Part shown: in pieces, positions 11,578 to 23,536 of the stretch
How the letters are laid out: every line of letters begins with the position of its first letter
How positions within the stretch are numbered: position 1 is the first letter of the stretch
Source of the DNA: Paramoeba atlantica
Lineage: Eukaryota > Protista > Discosea
Reading direction: 5' to 3'
NCBI GenBank assembly: GCA_977017575.1
Contig: CDRNVI010000165.1
Location: 1 to 39,719, forward strand
DNA length: 39,719 nucleotides
Made by a program: the position numbers and the translations under genes
Notes under the pieces: model-generated
Seen by the model: only the letters and a program-made list of their open reading frames with translations
Told to the model about the DNA's origin: nothing
Database searches by the model: none

Positions 11578-13966
11578 TAGTTCTTTCAAAAAAAAAAATG
11601 AAAAATGAAAAATGAAAAATACTTTATATTGAGATCAGTCATTTTGTCATTGAGATTAAAAGAAAAAAAAAGAATTAGAAAAAAGAATTTCTTTTCTTAA
11701 AGAAAGAGAAAGAGAAAAAAGAAAAAAGAAAAAGAAAAAGAAAAGAAAAAGAAAAGAAAAAGAAAAGAAAAGAAAAGAAAAGAAAAGAAAAGAAAAACTC
11801 AAATAATATCAAAAGTACAATTAAGAAGAATTCCCTCTTCTTTTACATCACTCACACAAGTTCAATCCTTACTTGCACTCCTTGAAGTTTGTTCACTCTG
11901 TTCATTTAAATCAGAAAAAAAAAAAGAAAAAGAAAGGAGAAAAGAAAAGAAAAAAGAGATTAAAAAAAGAAAGAGAAAGAAAGAGAGAAAAGAAGAAAGA
12001 GAAAGAAAAAGAGACCAATATGAACAGAAAAAAGAGATTGATTTATCACTCCAATTGTTGTTGGTTTGTACATTTTATGAGAGAGAGAAAAGAAAGAGAG
12101 AAAGAAAAAGAAAAGTGGAGAGACAGGATTGGTACATAACTTCCTTTTGTTGACTTTAATTGATCTCTGTTTTCTTTCCTTTCATTTTAAGAGAGAGAGA
12201 GAGAGAAGAAAAAAAGAAAAAAGAAAAACAAAAATAAGGAAAGAAAAAATTACTAATAGGTTTGGGAAAGTTCTTCAACTTCCAAATACTTTCTAAGCTT
12301 TTTCAATATATTTTTCACCTCTCTTAAATCAAAAAATTAGAAGAAAAGATGAAGAAAGAGAGAGAAAGACAAACAGAAAAGAAGAGAATGGAAAGAAAAA
12401 AGAAAGAAAAGAAGAACCAACTAATCATACAATAACTGAGTTTAATACAAGTCATAATGGCAGGGTGATTAATCCCACAAAAAATTGCTTTTGCTTCAAA
12501 GAAATTTTTTCAATTGAAACAAACCTTTGAGAAAGAGAAGAGGGAAAGAGAGAGAAGAGAAATAAATTTAAATCAAATGATTCAAGAAAGACAAAAATGA
12601 GTAGAAAAAAAGAAGAAAAAATGGAAAAAAAAATAAATGGAGCAACAAAACTTCAACAAGTCCAATTAACTGTTCCAACAAATTCGCTCTCTATTCAATA
12701 GAAGTTCAGAAAAATAAAAAGAGAGAAAAGAGAGAAAGAAAGAGAAAGAAAGAGAGAAGAGAGAGAGAAGAGAGAAAAGAGAGAAAAGAGAAACCAGAGT
12801 AACAGTCTGTTGACAGAGAATTTCAGAGGCAATAGATATTGAAAGATCATTCAAATGAATTGTTATATTCTCAATATCTTTATCCTATTTTATTTTTTAT
12901 TAGAAAGAGAGAGAAGAGAGAAGAAGAGAGAGAAGAAGAGAGAGAAGAAGAGAGAGAAACCTTCTCTTTCATTAACCAACTCACAAGTTGGCAAGGAGAA
13001 ATAAAAGACAACATCTCTAAATAAACAACATTCATTTGTTCAGCCAACCCTTGAATATCCCATTCTTTTTTCTGATAAAAGAGAAGAGAGGAGATAAGAA
13101 CAAAAAAAAAGAAAAGAAAAGAAAAAAGAAAAAAGAAAAAAAGAAAAAAGAAAAAAAGAAAAAAGAAAAAAAGAAAAAATACAAAGGGAATTATATTCCA
13201 TTTCAGGTCTGAGAAAAGTAAAGTCAATAAAAATAATAATAAGAGGAACAAAAACAGAAAGGAGAGAGGAGAGAGAAAAGAAAAAGAAGAGAAAGAGAAA
13301 GAGAAAGAGAAAGAGAGAAGAAAAAAAGAGAAAAGAAAGAGAAAAAAGAAAGAGAAAGAGAAAGAGACCAATTAGAACTTTTCTATTTGGATTTGAGGGA
13401 AAAAGATTGCTCTATTGCTTCAATTATTGTTGGTCTCTACATTTTATGAGAGAGAGAAGAGAAAATAGAAAGAAAAGAAAGAAAGAAAAGAGAGAAAGAA
13501 AAGAGAAAACATACAAAAAGTAAGAAGGATCATAAGAAAAATGAGGAATTACAAATGTTGATTTTTGAGAAGAATAAAAAGAGAGAAAAGAGAGAGAAAG
13601 AAAGAGAGAGAAAGAAAAAGAGAAGAGAGAAGAGAGAGAGAAGAGAGAAAAGAGAGAAAAGAGAAACCAGAGTAACAGTCTGTTGACAGAGAATTTCAGA
13701 GGCAATAGATATTGAAAGATCATTCAAATGAATTGTTATATTCTCAATATCTTTATTCTATTTTATTTTTTATTAGAGAGAGAGAGAAGAAGAGAAAAGA
13801 AGAGAGAGAAAAAAAGAGAGAAACCTTCTCTTTTGTTAACCAACTCACAAGTTGGCAAGGAGAAATAAAAGACAACATCTTTGAATAAACAACATTCATT
13901 TGTTCAACCAACCCTTAAACAATCCATTCTTTTTTCTTGATAAAAGAGAAGAGAGGAGATAAGAAC

Positions 13967-14001
<35 letters not shown>

Positions 14002-15385
14002 GAAAAAAGAAAAAAAGAAAAAAAGAAAAAAAGAAAAAAATATAAAATACAAAAGGGAATTATGTTCCATTTCAGGTCTGAGAAAAGTAAAGTCAATAAA
14101 AATAATAATAAGAGGAACAAAAACAGAAAGGAGAAAAGGAGAGAGAAAAGAAAAAGAAGAGAAAGAGGAAGAGAAAAAGAGAAAAAAAAAAAAGAGAAAA
14201 GAAAGAGAAAAGAGAAAGAGAAAGAGAAAGAGACCAATAGAGATTTTTCTGTTTGGATTTGAGGGAAAAAAGATTGCTCTATCACCTCAATTATTGTTGG
14301 TTTCTACATTTTATGAGAAAGAAAAGAGAAAGAAAAGAAAAGAAAGAAAGAAAAGAAAGAAAGAAAAGAAAGAAAGAAAAGAAAAGAAGAGAAAGAAAAA
14401 AGAGAGAGAAGAAGAGAAACAAATAAGGGAAAGAATTAGAATAAATTGAGAGTAATTTTGCTCTCTTTTTCTTCTTTCCTTCTCTTTCTCTCTTTCTCTC
14501 TCTTTTCTCTCTCTTTTCTCTCTCTTTTCTCTCTCTTTTCTTTTCTTTCTTTCCCTCTTTCTTTCTCTTTTGTTTTTTTTCTCTTTTCTTTCTCTCTCTC
14601 CTTTTCTTTCTCTTTTTTTCCTTCTCTTTGAGAGAGAGAGAGAGAGAAGAAAAAAAGAAAAGAAAAAAACAAAGATAAAGAAAAGAAAAAATTACCAATA
14701 GGTTTGAGAAAGTTCTTCAACTTTCAAATACTTTCTAAGCTTTTTCAATATATTTTTCACCTCTCTTAAATCAAAAAATTAAAAGAAAAGATGAAGAAAG
14801 AGAGAGAAAGACAAACAGAAAAGAAGAGAAAGGAAAGAAAAAAGAAAAAAAAGAAGAACCAACTAATTGCACAATAACTGAGTTTAACACAAGTCATAAC
14901 GGCAGGGTGATTAATCCCACAAAAAATTGCTTTTGCTCTAAAGAAATTTTTTCAATTGAAACAAACCTTTGAGAAAGAGAAGAGGGAAAGAGAGAGAAGA
15001 GAAATAAATTTAAATCAATTGATTCAAGGAAGACAAAAATGAGTAGAAAAAAAGAAGAAAAAATGAGGAAAAAAAATAAATGGAGCAACAAAACTTCAAC
15101 AAGTCCAATTAACTGTTCCAACAAATTTGCTCTCTATTCAATAGAAGTTCAGAAAAGTAAAAAGAGAGAAAAAAGAGAGAAAGAAAGAAAGAGAGAAGAG
15201 AGAAGAGAGAAGAGAAGAGAGAAGAGAGAAGAGAGAAAAGAGAGAAGAGAGAAAAGAGAGAAAAGAGAGAAGAGAAACCAGAGTAACAGTCTGTTGACAA
15301 AAAATTTCAGAAGCAATAGACATTGAAAGATCATTCAAATGAATTGTCATATTCTCAATATTTTTATACTATTTTATTTTTTATT

Positions 15386-16857
15386 GAATTTTGAGACTGA
15401 AAAAGTGAGAACAATGAGAGAAAAGCACTATTAAAGGAGAATTGCTCCCTTTAGATAAACAAAAATAATTGAAAAAAACTCAATAATGAGAAAATAATCA
15501 ATAAAATCAATAAAAAGAATATTATTGAACAAAAATCAATTTTATTGACAAAAAATTCAAAAAAAATCCTGCTCAAATCAAGGCAATGCGGTTTGAACCT
15601 GTTGCCCCCTATGTGGCTGGAAGGTCACCGTAACTGTCACAGGATTTTCTGCTGTTGGAGGTTCATCAGATCCCAGAATGTGAGCAGCATGTTCACCAGC
15701 TGTGCGGTCTGAGTCTTCATAATATCCATGAGCAACCTGCTCGCTGGTCCAGCCTCCACATACCATCAACTGGTCATTTTATGCTGGTTATTTTCTTCAC
15801 CAATTTTGCGACATATCCTTTCCCAAGGTGTTGAGCAGCAAATTTTTCTTGGTGTCTATTCCATTTCCACCACAAATGAGTACCATCAAGGATTAATTCC
15901 AAATGATCAATCATTGTGTTGACTGGAATAAAGCTACCGAGAACAGGGATAACCACCTTTGTCTTTGACAACACTTTTGATTTTGAACACCTCTTCAGTG
16001 TGAAAGAGACACTTCCATTTTTCTTGAATTTCACAAGATTACAGTCGATTTCAATAACTTCCACACTTCGAGCCAATCCAAAGAATGAAAACATTGTCAA
16101 CAAAGCATCTTGAAGTCTTCTCCTGGAGTAATTCAACGATTTATATACTGTTTGATCTCATCCACCAAGAAAACCACCTTCTTTTTTGCCTCATATTCTG
16201 CTGTCTCTCCTTTCAACATTTGATTTAATTGATGAGTTTCAGAGAAGTCAATCGTATATTTACACAAAATGTAGCGTTTTACGAGTGAGAGCACCGGGAA
16301 GAACGAACTCAGACTGTATACACAATCTCTGTTCCGATGGGCCAACACAAACAAATACTTTTGGTAAAACTTGATCAACAAGTCTTCATTGATGACATAA
16401 TCCTTTTCTTGTTCGTCATTTTTCTAAAAAAATTTTGTCAAAAAGTCTTCGAATCGGCTTGCTACAGTTAAGAAAGCTTTTCGGGTTGCCTGAGGTTCAT
16501 TCACCACACCATTCAGACAGAATGACGGGTAGAATCAAAGTGAAAAGAGTCCCAATCCTTCGATCAGAGTGACACAACAAGTGGGTTTTCCACTCTTCGT
16601 GCAGGGTTCATCTCTTGGAAAATGAAAAAACACCCCACGGTCTTTTCTTTGTCATCACACAATCGTCCCAAAACAGACTCAAATCAATCGAAATACACTA
16701 TATTTATTGCTCTCATTTTTCCTAGCCTCAAAATTCAATAAAATGTTGTAGCCACTGTTTGAAAAGACATATCTTGTCTCGGGTGTTTCTGATCAGTCTC
16801 GATCAAAAAAAACCTTGACAATAAACTGCCTTTTTTCAAACAGTGGCTAAATATCTA
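15386..16857 (-). mobile_element. Crypton-like tyrosine-recombinase element (~1.47 kb), defective
   Basis: Interrupts an intron that is intact in the paralogous copies (12890-12960 and 13760-13830). Flanked by TTATT at 15381-15385 and 16858-16862. No LTR, TIR, RT or poly(A) seen. Encodes only a tyrosine recombinase. Confidence 0.6.
15578..16490 (-). pseudogene. Tyrosine recombinase (phage-integrase fold) pseudogene
   Basis: ORFs 16133-16381, 15774-16136 and 15578-15769 join into an N-terminal helical region, box I DALLTMFSFFGLARSVEV (catalytic R at 16068-16070) and box II MVCGGWTSEQVAHGYY (W and nucleophile Y). The HxxR motif is missing at the frameshift near 15774. Confidence 0.78.
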
Positions 16858-18612
16858 TTATTAAAGAGAGAAGAGAGAGAGAAGAGAAAGAGAAGAGAGA
16901 GAGAAGAGAGAGAAGAGAGAGAAGAGAGAGAGAAACCTTCTCTTTCATTAACCAACTCACAAGTTGGCAAGGAAAAATAAGACAACATCTCTGAATAAAC
17001 AACATTCATTTGTTCAGCCAACCCTTGAACATTCCATTCTTTTTTCTGATAAAAGAGAAGAGAGGAGATAAGGACAAAAAGAAAAGAAAAGAAAAGGAAA
17101 AAGGAAAGAAAAAAAGAAAAAAAGAAAAAAAGAAAAAAAGAAAAAAAGAAAAAAAGAAAAAAAGAAAAAAAGAAAAAAAGAAAAAAAGAAAAAATATAAA
17201 ATACAAAAGGGAATTATGTTCCATTTCGGGTCTGAGAAAAGTAAAGTCAATAAAAATAATAATAAGAGGAACAAAAACAGAAAAGAGAGAGGGGAGAGAG
17301 GAAAAAAAGAGAAAAGAAAGAGAAAAGAGAAAGAGAAAGAGAAAGAGACCAATAGGGACTTTTCTGTTTGGATTTGAGGAAAAAAGATTGCTCTATCGCT
17401 CCAATTATTGTTGGTCTGTACATTTTATGAGAGAGAGAAGAGAAAATAGAGAAAGAAAAGAAAGAAAGAAAAGAAAGAAAGAAAAGAAAGAAAGAAAAGA
17501 AAGAAAGAAAAGAGAGAAAGAAAAGAGAAAACATCCAAAGAGTAAGAAGGATTACAAGAAGAATGAGGAGTCACAAATGTTGATTTTTGAGAAGAAGAAA
17601 GGAGAGAGGGAGACCACAGAGAAGGGGAAAAGAAGAAGAAGAAGAACTTTCTGGTTTCTCTTTTTTTCTTGAGATGAAAAGAAGAGAGAAAGAGAGATAA
17701 AAAGAAGAGAAAGGAAGAGAAAGAAGAAGAGAAACAAAAAAGGGAAAGAATTAGAATGAATTTCAAGTAATTTTACTCTCTTTTTCTTCTTTCCTTCTCT
17801 TTCTCTTTCTCTCTTTCTCTCTTTCTCTTTCCCTCTTCTCTTTCTCTTCTCTTTTTCTTGAAAAAAAATAAATAAATTACCTTGACCATTTACGAGAAGG
17901 AGGAGAAGCAAAAAGGAGGGAGAGAAGAGAGAGGGAGAGAAGAAGAGAGAGGGAGAGAAGAAGAAGAAGAGAGAGGAGCTTGTTTCTATTAAATAAATAT
18001 TTAAATTAAAATTAAAATTAAAAAACAAAGGCAGAAGAGAAAGAAAAAGAAATGAGAGAGAAAAGAAAAGAAAAGAAAAGAAAAGAGAGAGAAAAAAACC
18101 AAAACGGAGAGAGAGAAACGAAAACAAAACAAAAAATTAATTCAAAAAATAGGTTTCTTTTTTTGAACCACACAAAAAGTGATGAGAATCGAGTAGTGTG
18201 TGGTTTTTTGTTTTTTGTTTTTGAAATTCAAAAAAATTAGATTTCCTTTTAGTTTGTTGATTCTTATTCTTCTTCCTTTTTCTACTTGGTTTCAACTCCT
18301 TTTTTTACTTTTTTTTTCATCTGTCATTTGGAAGAGAAAAACACCTTCTTTCTTTTTGGTTCTGTTGGGAACCAAACAGAACCACCTCTTCTCTTCTCTT
18401 GCTCCAACCCCCCTGATCTCTGTCTTTCTTTCTTCAAGCAAGATTTGGGTTTTTTCTTGTTTGTCTGTTTTGACTTTGCAGATGGTTCTTTGGAGATGAT
18501 TCACTAAAACGCTTCAAAAGCAGCCTGTCTTTGCTGCTCTGTGGAGTCACAAATAAAATTATTTCTTATTTTTCTCAACAAATCAATTTGATTTCAATAG
18601 ATAAAAAAGTTC

Positions 18613-19037
18613 TTTTTTTTTTTTTTTTTTGAGGCAAACTTTATTCAATTAGTAGTTCTTAATCTAAACCATTTGAATTACATTAAATTATATTTGTTTT
18701 TAACCTCTAACGAGAGGTGAAGTTTTAAACTTCAGCTTAGTTCAGTCGGTCTTTATGCTGAACTTTAGAACTTCTACAAGTTCAGGCTGGAGGATGCACA
18801 TCAGAAGGGAGAATAATCCAAAGCTCCTTCCAAGGGAATTTACCCTCAACTTTTTAGCAGACAGGGCTGAGATGTAACCTGTTCCGATTTTCACACTTCT
18901 TCAAGAGCTCCTCACTCCAATCAAATCACTCTACAGCACCAGAAAAATTTTCTATAATATCGAAAAACTGGGATTTGAACTCGCCCCCCTGGGGTTGGAC
19001 ATAGTCGAATTTACGACTAAACTACAGGCGCCAACCC
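18613..19037 (-). mobile_element. tRNA-headed SINE (copy 2, least mutated)
   Basis: Poly(T) at 18613-18630 and a 16-bp TSD, ATAGATAAAAAAGTTC, at 18597-18612 and 19038-19053. Confidence 0.94.
18971..19024 (-). promoter_or_regulatory. Internal Pol III type-2 promoter of the SINE (A box and B box)
   Basis: A box TAGTTTAGTCG (19014-19024) fits TRGYNNARYNG. B box GAGTTCAAATCC (18971-18982) fits GTTCRANNCC. The 44-nt spacing from T to GTTC equals tRNA spacing. The same boxes occur at 33775-33785 and 33817-33828. Confidence 0.75.
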
Positions 19038-19149
19038 ATAGATAAAAAAGTTCTTTTGCTCTCCACTTCACGTTTATTTATAATGTCGATCAAAACTGAG
19101 ATTCCCAGGCTCGCCCAGACTAACTACTCTATATAGAAGAGTGCTGTTC

Positions 19150-19620
19150 ACACACACAAATCCATGCTGCAAATGGCTGGCATTACATCAGCAAGAACAT
19201 TGAACCTAACACTGTTGATGGTCCTGAAAACATCAAGTCATATTGGACAGCAGCCTTGCTCATAACATCCTCTGTTTCAAGCAAGTTGGCATATCTAGTC
19301 ACTACCGAAAGTGATGAAAGATCATACAATCCATCAGTTTCCTGGGCGCACATCCTGCGAAGAAAGTCAAAGTGATCCGTACCGATAGTCCCAAAGAGTA
19401 CAACACTTGGAGGTTATGTTCTTATTTGGATAGAAGAGGTATTCAGAAGGAAACATCTGTGCCCTACTGTCAATGTAAAGGAAGAAGTTTGAAAGCAAGG
19501 TGCAACAATATGCATTTTTCTTGGGATTGCACCAGAACACACACAGCGAATATCTTCTTCGTCCAATCAATAAGGAGGGAAAGACATCATCACCCAAGAT
19601 GCTCATTTTCAAGAAATAAT
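19150..19620 (+). pseudogene. Copia-type integrase core fragment
   Basis: KKVKVIRTDSPKEY...LDRRGIQKETSVPYCQ matches the copia rve motif IRtDnggEy...GI..e.t.PytPq. Confidence 0.75.
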
Positions 19621-19889
19621 CTTTCCAAAACTTGAACTTCAATTTCTAATTTCACTCAAGCTCTCACTTTTCAACAGGTTTATATCTGAACTGTGAACCA
19701 AACGAAAGTATGGTCTCACCTTTGATTATTCTGAAGCAAAAAGAAGAGGAAGAGGAAGAAGAAAAGACTATCAGAGGATGAAGAAACTGAGGATGACACA
19801 CCTCCTGGTACACTGCTGTTACAATCTGATCTTGTGATTGCAGGGGAGAATATATTTGATGAGGATGATGAAGAAACCAATCACAATCC

Positions 19890-21505
19890 TTTTTTTTTTT
19901 TAAAGTTCAGACACCAGGTGCCATTTATTAGAGTTAAAAAACCATCTCTAGGATGGAAAAGAGGGGGGAAGAAAGGGGGGGGGGAGGGAAGATAAATTAA
20001 GAGTTAGATCCAAAGATCTCTTCAGCATGGGATGCATTGGAGTTTCTTTACCAACTTTAGTTCTCACTAAGGGGTCTGTGTTTGATTGTTTGCCTTCTAA
20101 AACCAGGGAGTGAATTTGGTTTGGAGGTTTCTATGAAGTTAATTACATTCCTTCGAAAATCTTCCTTGATAAAGCTCCTCACCAGATTGCTCTCTTGGGA
20201 CTGATGGAACCATCCTTGGATATCTTTAGTAATTATTACAGGGAGAATTAGAGCATTCTTAAGAGCAGTTTGGGCTGGAAACAAAACATGGGGGGTTGTC
20301 ACTGTGTTTCCTTGGAATTTCCTTACAAAATTCCCTGGGGGGATGGGGAAAGTCTAGTCATGGGTGAGGGGGGAATTGATCCAGTTCCACAGGGTTGAAT
20401 TCAAAATAATCCACTCTTCACTGGTTTCTGCAACATGTTGTGATCTTGGATCCCAATGATGGTCATTCACAGCACATGTTCCATCCTCTTTAGACCAACT
20501 TGCAGCAGTTGCAATTGCATCAGCTCACTTGTTAAGATCTCAGGGTACATAGATGAATTCTATCTCATCAAAGCACATTGCTAACTTACAGATTTCACAA
20601 AGTAGTTCATTCAAGGCATAGTTTTTGATGGCATGGGTTTTGGGTGCAGCCTTGATGAGAATCATACAATCCCCAACAACTTCAATCTCATTCATCATTG
20701 ATCTGGCACATTACATTCCTTTCAAACAGCCTATAAATTCATCAATATTATTGGACCCAAAAGGGATGGTTTCAAACCCACCACAAATCTCTTTCCCTTC
20801 CCTGAAAACTGCAAAGCCCACACCCCCCAGATGAGGGTCTATACAGCCTGAACCGTCATAAAACACTTGAAAGCCTTTAAATTTAAAACTTTCCTTCTCT
20901 TTGGTTCCTTTCTTTGTTTAGGTTCTTGGGGGCCAAGAGAGGATTTTGTTCTTTCTCAAGATTTTTTCGAAGATTTCAGTAGCATACTGGGGTGATTTCA
21001 ATCCTTCCACACACACTGTGAGCCACAAACTCAACAGGGCAACACTCACCACAGAGGTTTCTTGTCTGGTGAGAAAATTTGAGACAAGGCCACACACATT
21101 CTTAGTTTCTTACCAGCTGGGTACATTCAACAAAATACATTTCCTTCCCATTGCTTGGAGGAGGCCCTCAGCCACAGAACATTCCTCCAGAAGATGAGAT
21201 CGTGACTCCTTTTCATGGTGGCAGAGTCAGCAACTTGAGTTTTGGTTTGTGAAGTGAGCCAACTTGTCTCTTGTAGGCAGCCCTCTTATTAGGAACTTAA
21301 TCAAATTCCTCTTAAGTTGGGGCCTAATTGCATGTGCCAAGTTGTACACCACACACTCAGCTCTTCCTTCACCCACATACAGATCTTTGATTTCAATGGG
21401 GATCACTCGAGACATATTGGAATAAGCAACTCAAGTGGCCTGACCAAACACAACTTTGGCAGAGAGGCTTTGGGCTGCAAAAAGGGCATCCTTTCGCATG
21501 GCTCC
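19890..21505 (-). mobile_element. 5'-truncated LINE (copy D) inserted between copia integrase and RT
   Basis: Poly(T) at 19890-19901 and a 15-bp TSD, AACCAATCACAATC(C/T), at 19875-19889 and 21506-21520. Confidence 0.95.
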
Positions 21506-21623
21506 AACCAATCACAATCTTGAGCCTAAAACGACTTTCCACCAGTTCGGAGAAGTTCGAGAGTAGTTCCTGTGCCAAACCATCATTACCCCTTGATCTC
21601 ATCTCTGAGATCACAAAGCCTCT

Positions 21624-23138
21624 GAGCCAAAATCCTTCAAACAAGCAATTGCATCAACTGAATTGGATAAATGGTTAGAAGCTATTAAGAAAGAGTGGTG
21701 GGATGCTTTGATTGAAAAAGAAACCTGGGAAGAGATTGACAAGAAGAAAGTTCCAAATCACCATTGTATTCTTCATCATCCTATCTGGAGATTCAAGAAG
21801 AAGCTCTATGGTCATTACAAAGCGGCCCGATTGTGTTTTGATGGTCGATTCCAAAAAGAAGGAGTTGGGGGTTTTGATGAGACTTTTTCACACCACAGTC
21901 ACATATCTTGAAGTTATTCGCATCATTCTGTCTATTGTTGCACTTGCTTGTGGTTGTTACATTGAGTTGGGAGATGTTTCAAACGCTTTCCTGAATCCCA
22001 AAGTCGACAAAGATGTCTACATGTCAACCCCACCAGAAGGTTTTGAATCTCAAGGGAGGGAAAGTCCCCAAACTAAAGAAGAGCCTCTATGGATTGAAAC
22101 AAGCTCTAAGACTGTGGAATGAAGACATTGATCAATTTCTACAACTGGAGATGAAGTTTAAACAACTCAAACTCAACAAATGTGTGTACTCAAAGGTTGT
22201 ACCTATGGAAGGTTTTGTTATAATTATCCTCTACATTGATGTGATTTACTTGTTTTATCTGTGCTACTAATGAAACAAACATTTGACTTGCTGGAGAAGA
22301 AGTTCAAAATTCAGAGAATGGGCAAACCTGATCAGTATCTTGGCATATGACATGCACTGGTTCTGAAGGATGGATGTGGAATTCATCTTTCTCAAGCGAA
22401 CGTGATCTCCAAACTGCTCGATGCTTTCAAAATGCTGAACCTGAAACCAACCTCAACACCATACAACACTTCTGTATCTCTTTAATTCTGAATGAAGATA
22501 ACAAACCTTTTTTGATGTGAAGAAGTTTCATCAAATTCTTAGCTCTTTGCTGTGGATTGCTCGGAACACTCATTCCTTCTTTCTCGCTATGAGACACAGC
22601 CAAAGGGTGCCTTGAAACATATTCTTCAATTCCTTTGTGGTCAAATGGATTTGGGGATTTCCCTGGGTGCAACAACAAATTCTAAACCTGTTTGTAATGC
22701 TGCATTAGAAATTTACTCTAACTCATCTTTTGCTGATCCTCAATAAAATCTTGGAAGTACCTCTGGATTTGCTCTGCTCTGCTGAATGGATCGCCTGTTG
22801 CTTGAGGCTCAAGAAAACAAACACTCTGACTCCTACCTCTGCAGCTAAGGTTGAATTCATCGCTGCATCTGAAGCAGTCAAGGGTTGTGGCTGAAGTCTT
22901 TAGTGGCTGAGAACAGTTCAACAAACTCTTGGTGAAGACTCAATTCAAAAATTCACACTCGGACTTGATTCTCATGCTGTTGTGGAGTTGATCAAACAAC
23001 ATAGTGCTCCTTTTCATGGAAAGACGAAACACACATTCACATATTCAAGCACAATTTGTTGTTGTATCAGTTGGGTTTCTTTGATGTGTGAAAGTGGATT
23101 CATTCGAACGAAATCAGGCAAATCTATTCACCAAATGA
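21624..23138 (+). pseudogene. Copia-type reverse transcriptase plus RNase H pseudogene
   Basis: EPKSFKQAI...W..AIKKE, WRFKKK...YKAARL, DVSNAFLN, LKKSLYGLKQALRLW and LYID(V), then RNase H YSNSSFAD...STSG...SAAKVEFIAASE...HGKTKH...NQANLFTK. Many frameshifts. Confidence 0.9.
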
Positions 23139-23536
23139 ATTGGAAGTAGTAAGTTATTCTGTGGTCTCTCTGCTCAAAGCTTCTCAAGGTGCAGGGGAGT
23201 GTTGGAACTAAACAAAACCACCTCTTCTCTTTTCTTGCTCCAACCCTTGATTCTCCATCATTCTGTGCACAAGAGAAAATGAGCGAAACTGGCGAGAAAA
23301 GAGCGTTTAGGTAACAGAAATCTGCAACAAAAATAAATGGATCATTTTTTGAATTTTTGAAACGTTCCAAAGATCAAAAATGAAAGAACTCTTTGTTGAC
23401 TTTTCGCGAAATGAAACCAAAAAATAAAAATAATTTATTTTTCTTCCCTTTTTCTTTTACTTCCAGCTTTCACAGTTTTTTCCCTCTCAGAACTTCGAAC
23501 TCCCTCTCCTGATTCCCTCTTCCCCTTCCTCCTTGT

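Larger units (their letters stand above)
11800..17900 (-). pseudogene. Multi-exon RasGEF (CDC25-homology)-like pseudogene in three overlapping tandem copies
   Basis: Short exons between CT-rich GT-AG introns splice in phase to GLAEQMNVVYLEMLSFISPCQLVSWLMKEK | DKDIENITIHLNDLSISIASEILCQQTVTL | RANLLEQLIGLVE | VCFN*KNFFEAKAIFCGINHPAIMTCIKLSY, and later KGSYVPIL. This follows the RasGEF pattern lAeQlT...N.ls..va.eIl....Ra.ll..fI....NF.s..AI..gl...P.l. The in-frame TGA is present in both copies of that exon. The family assignment is by motif recall. Confidence 0.6.
18363..23246 (+). mobile_element. Ty1/copia LTR retrotransposon remnant (gag/protease not seen), interrupted by a SINE and a LINE
   Basis: Domain order integrase, RT, RNase H. 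PPT AGGGGAG (23193-23199) is followed by TGTTGG at 23200. The same ~48-bp head occurs at 18363-18410. Confidence 0.75.

Noticed and set aside
12505-12525. In-frame TGA shared by two RasGEF-like copies as a sign of a reassigned genetic code
   Set aside because: TGG>TGA fits the pervasive G>A decay. The spliced gene at 38352 uses TGA as its stop, and the long LINE ORFs need no read-through.
10158-18127. Many long F/L/S-rich or K/R/E-rich ORFs in the track
   Set aside because: They are translations of purine tracts, the minisatellite and CT-rich introns, which lack stop codons by composition.
18400-18410. CCAACCC in the copia LTR heads matching the LINE/SINE GGGTTGG motif
   Set aside because: It is explained as the complement of the LTR TGTTGG edge, and a 7-mer coincidence is likely.
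18970-19037. SINE head as a functional tRNA gene
   Set aside because: A and B boxes are present, but there is no acceptor or anticodon stem geometry, the T-stem is broken, and the copies have poly(A) tails and TSDs.
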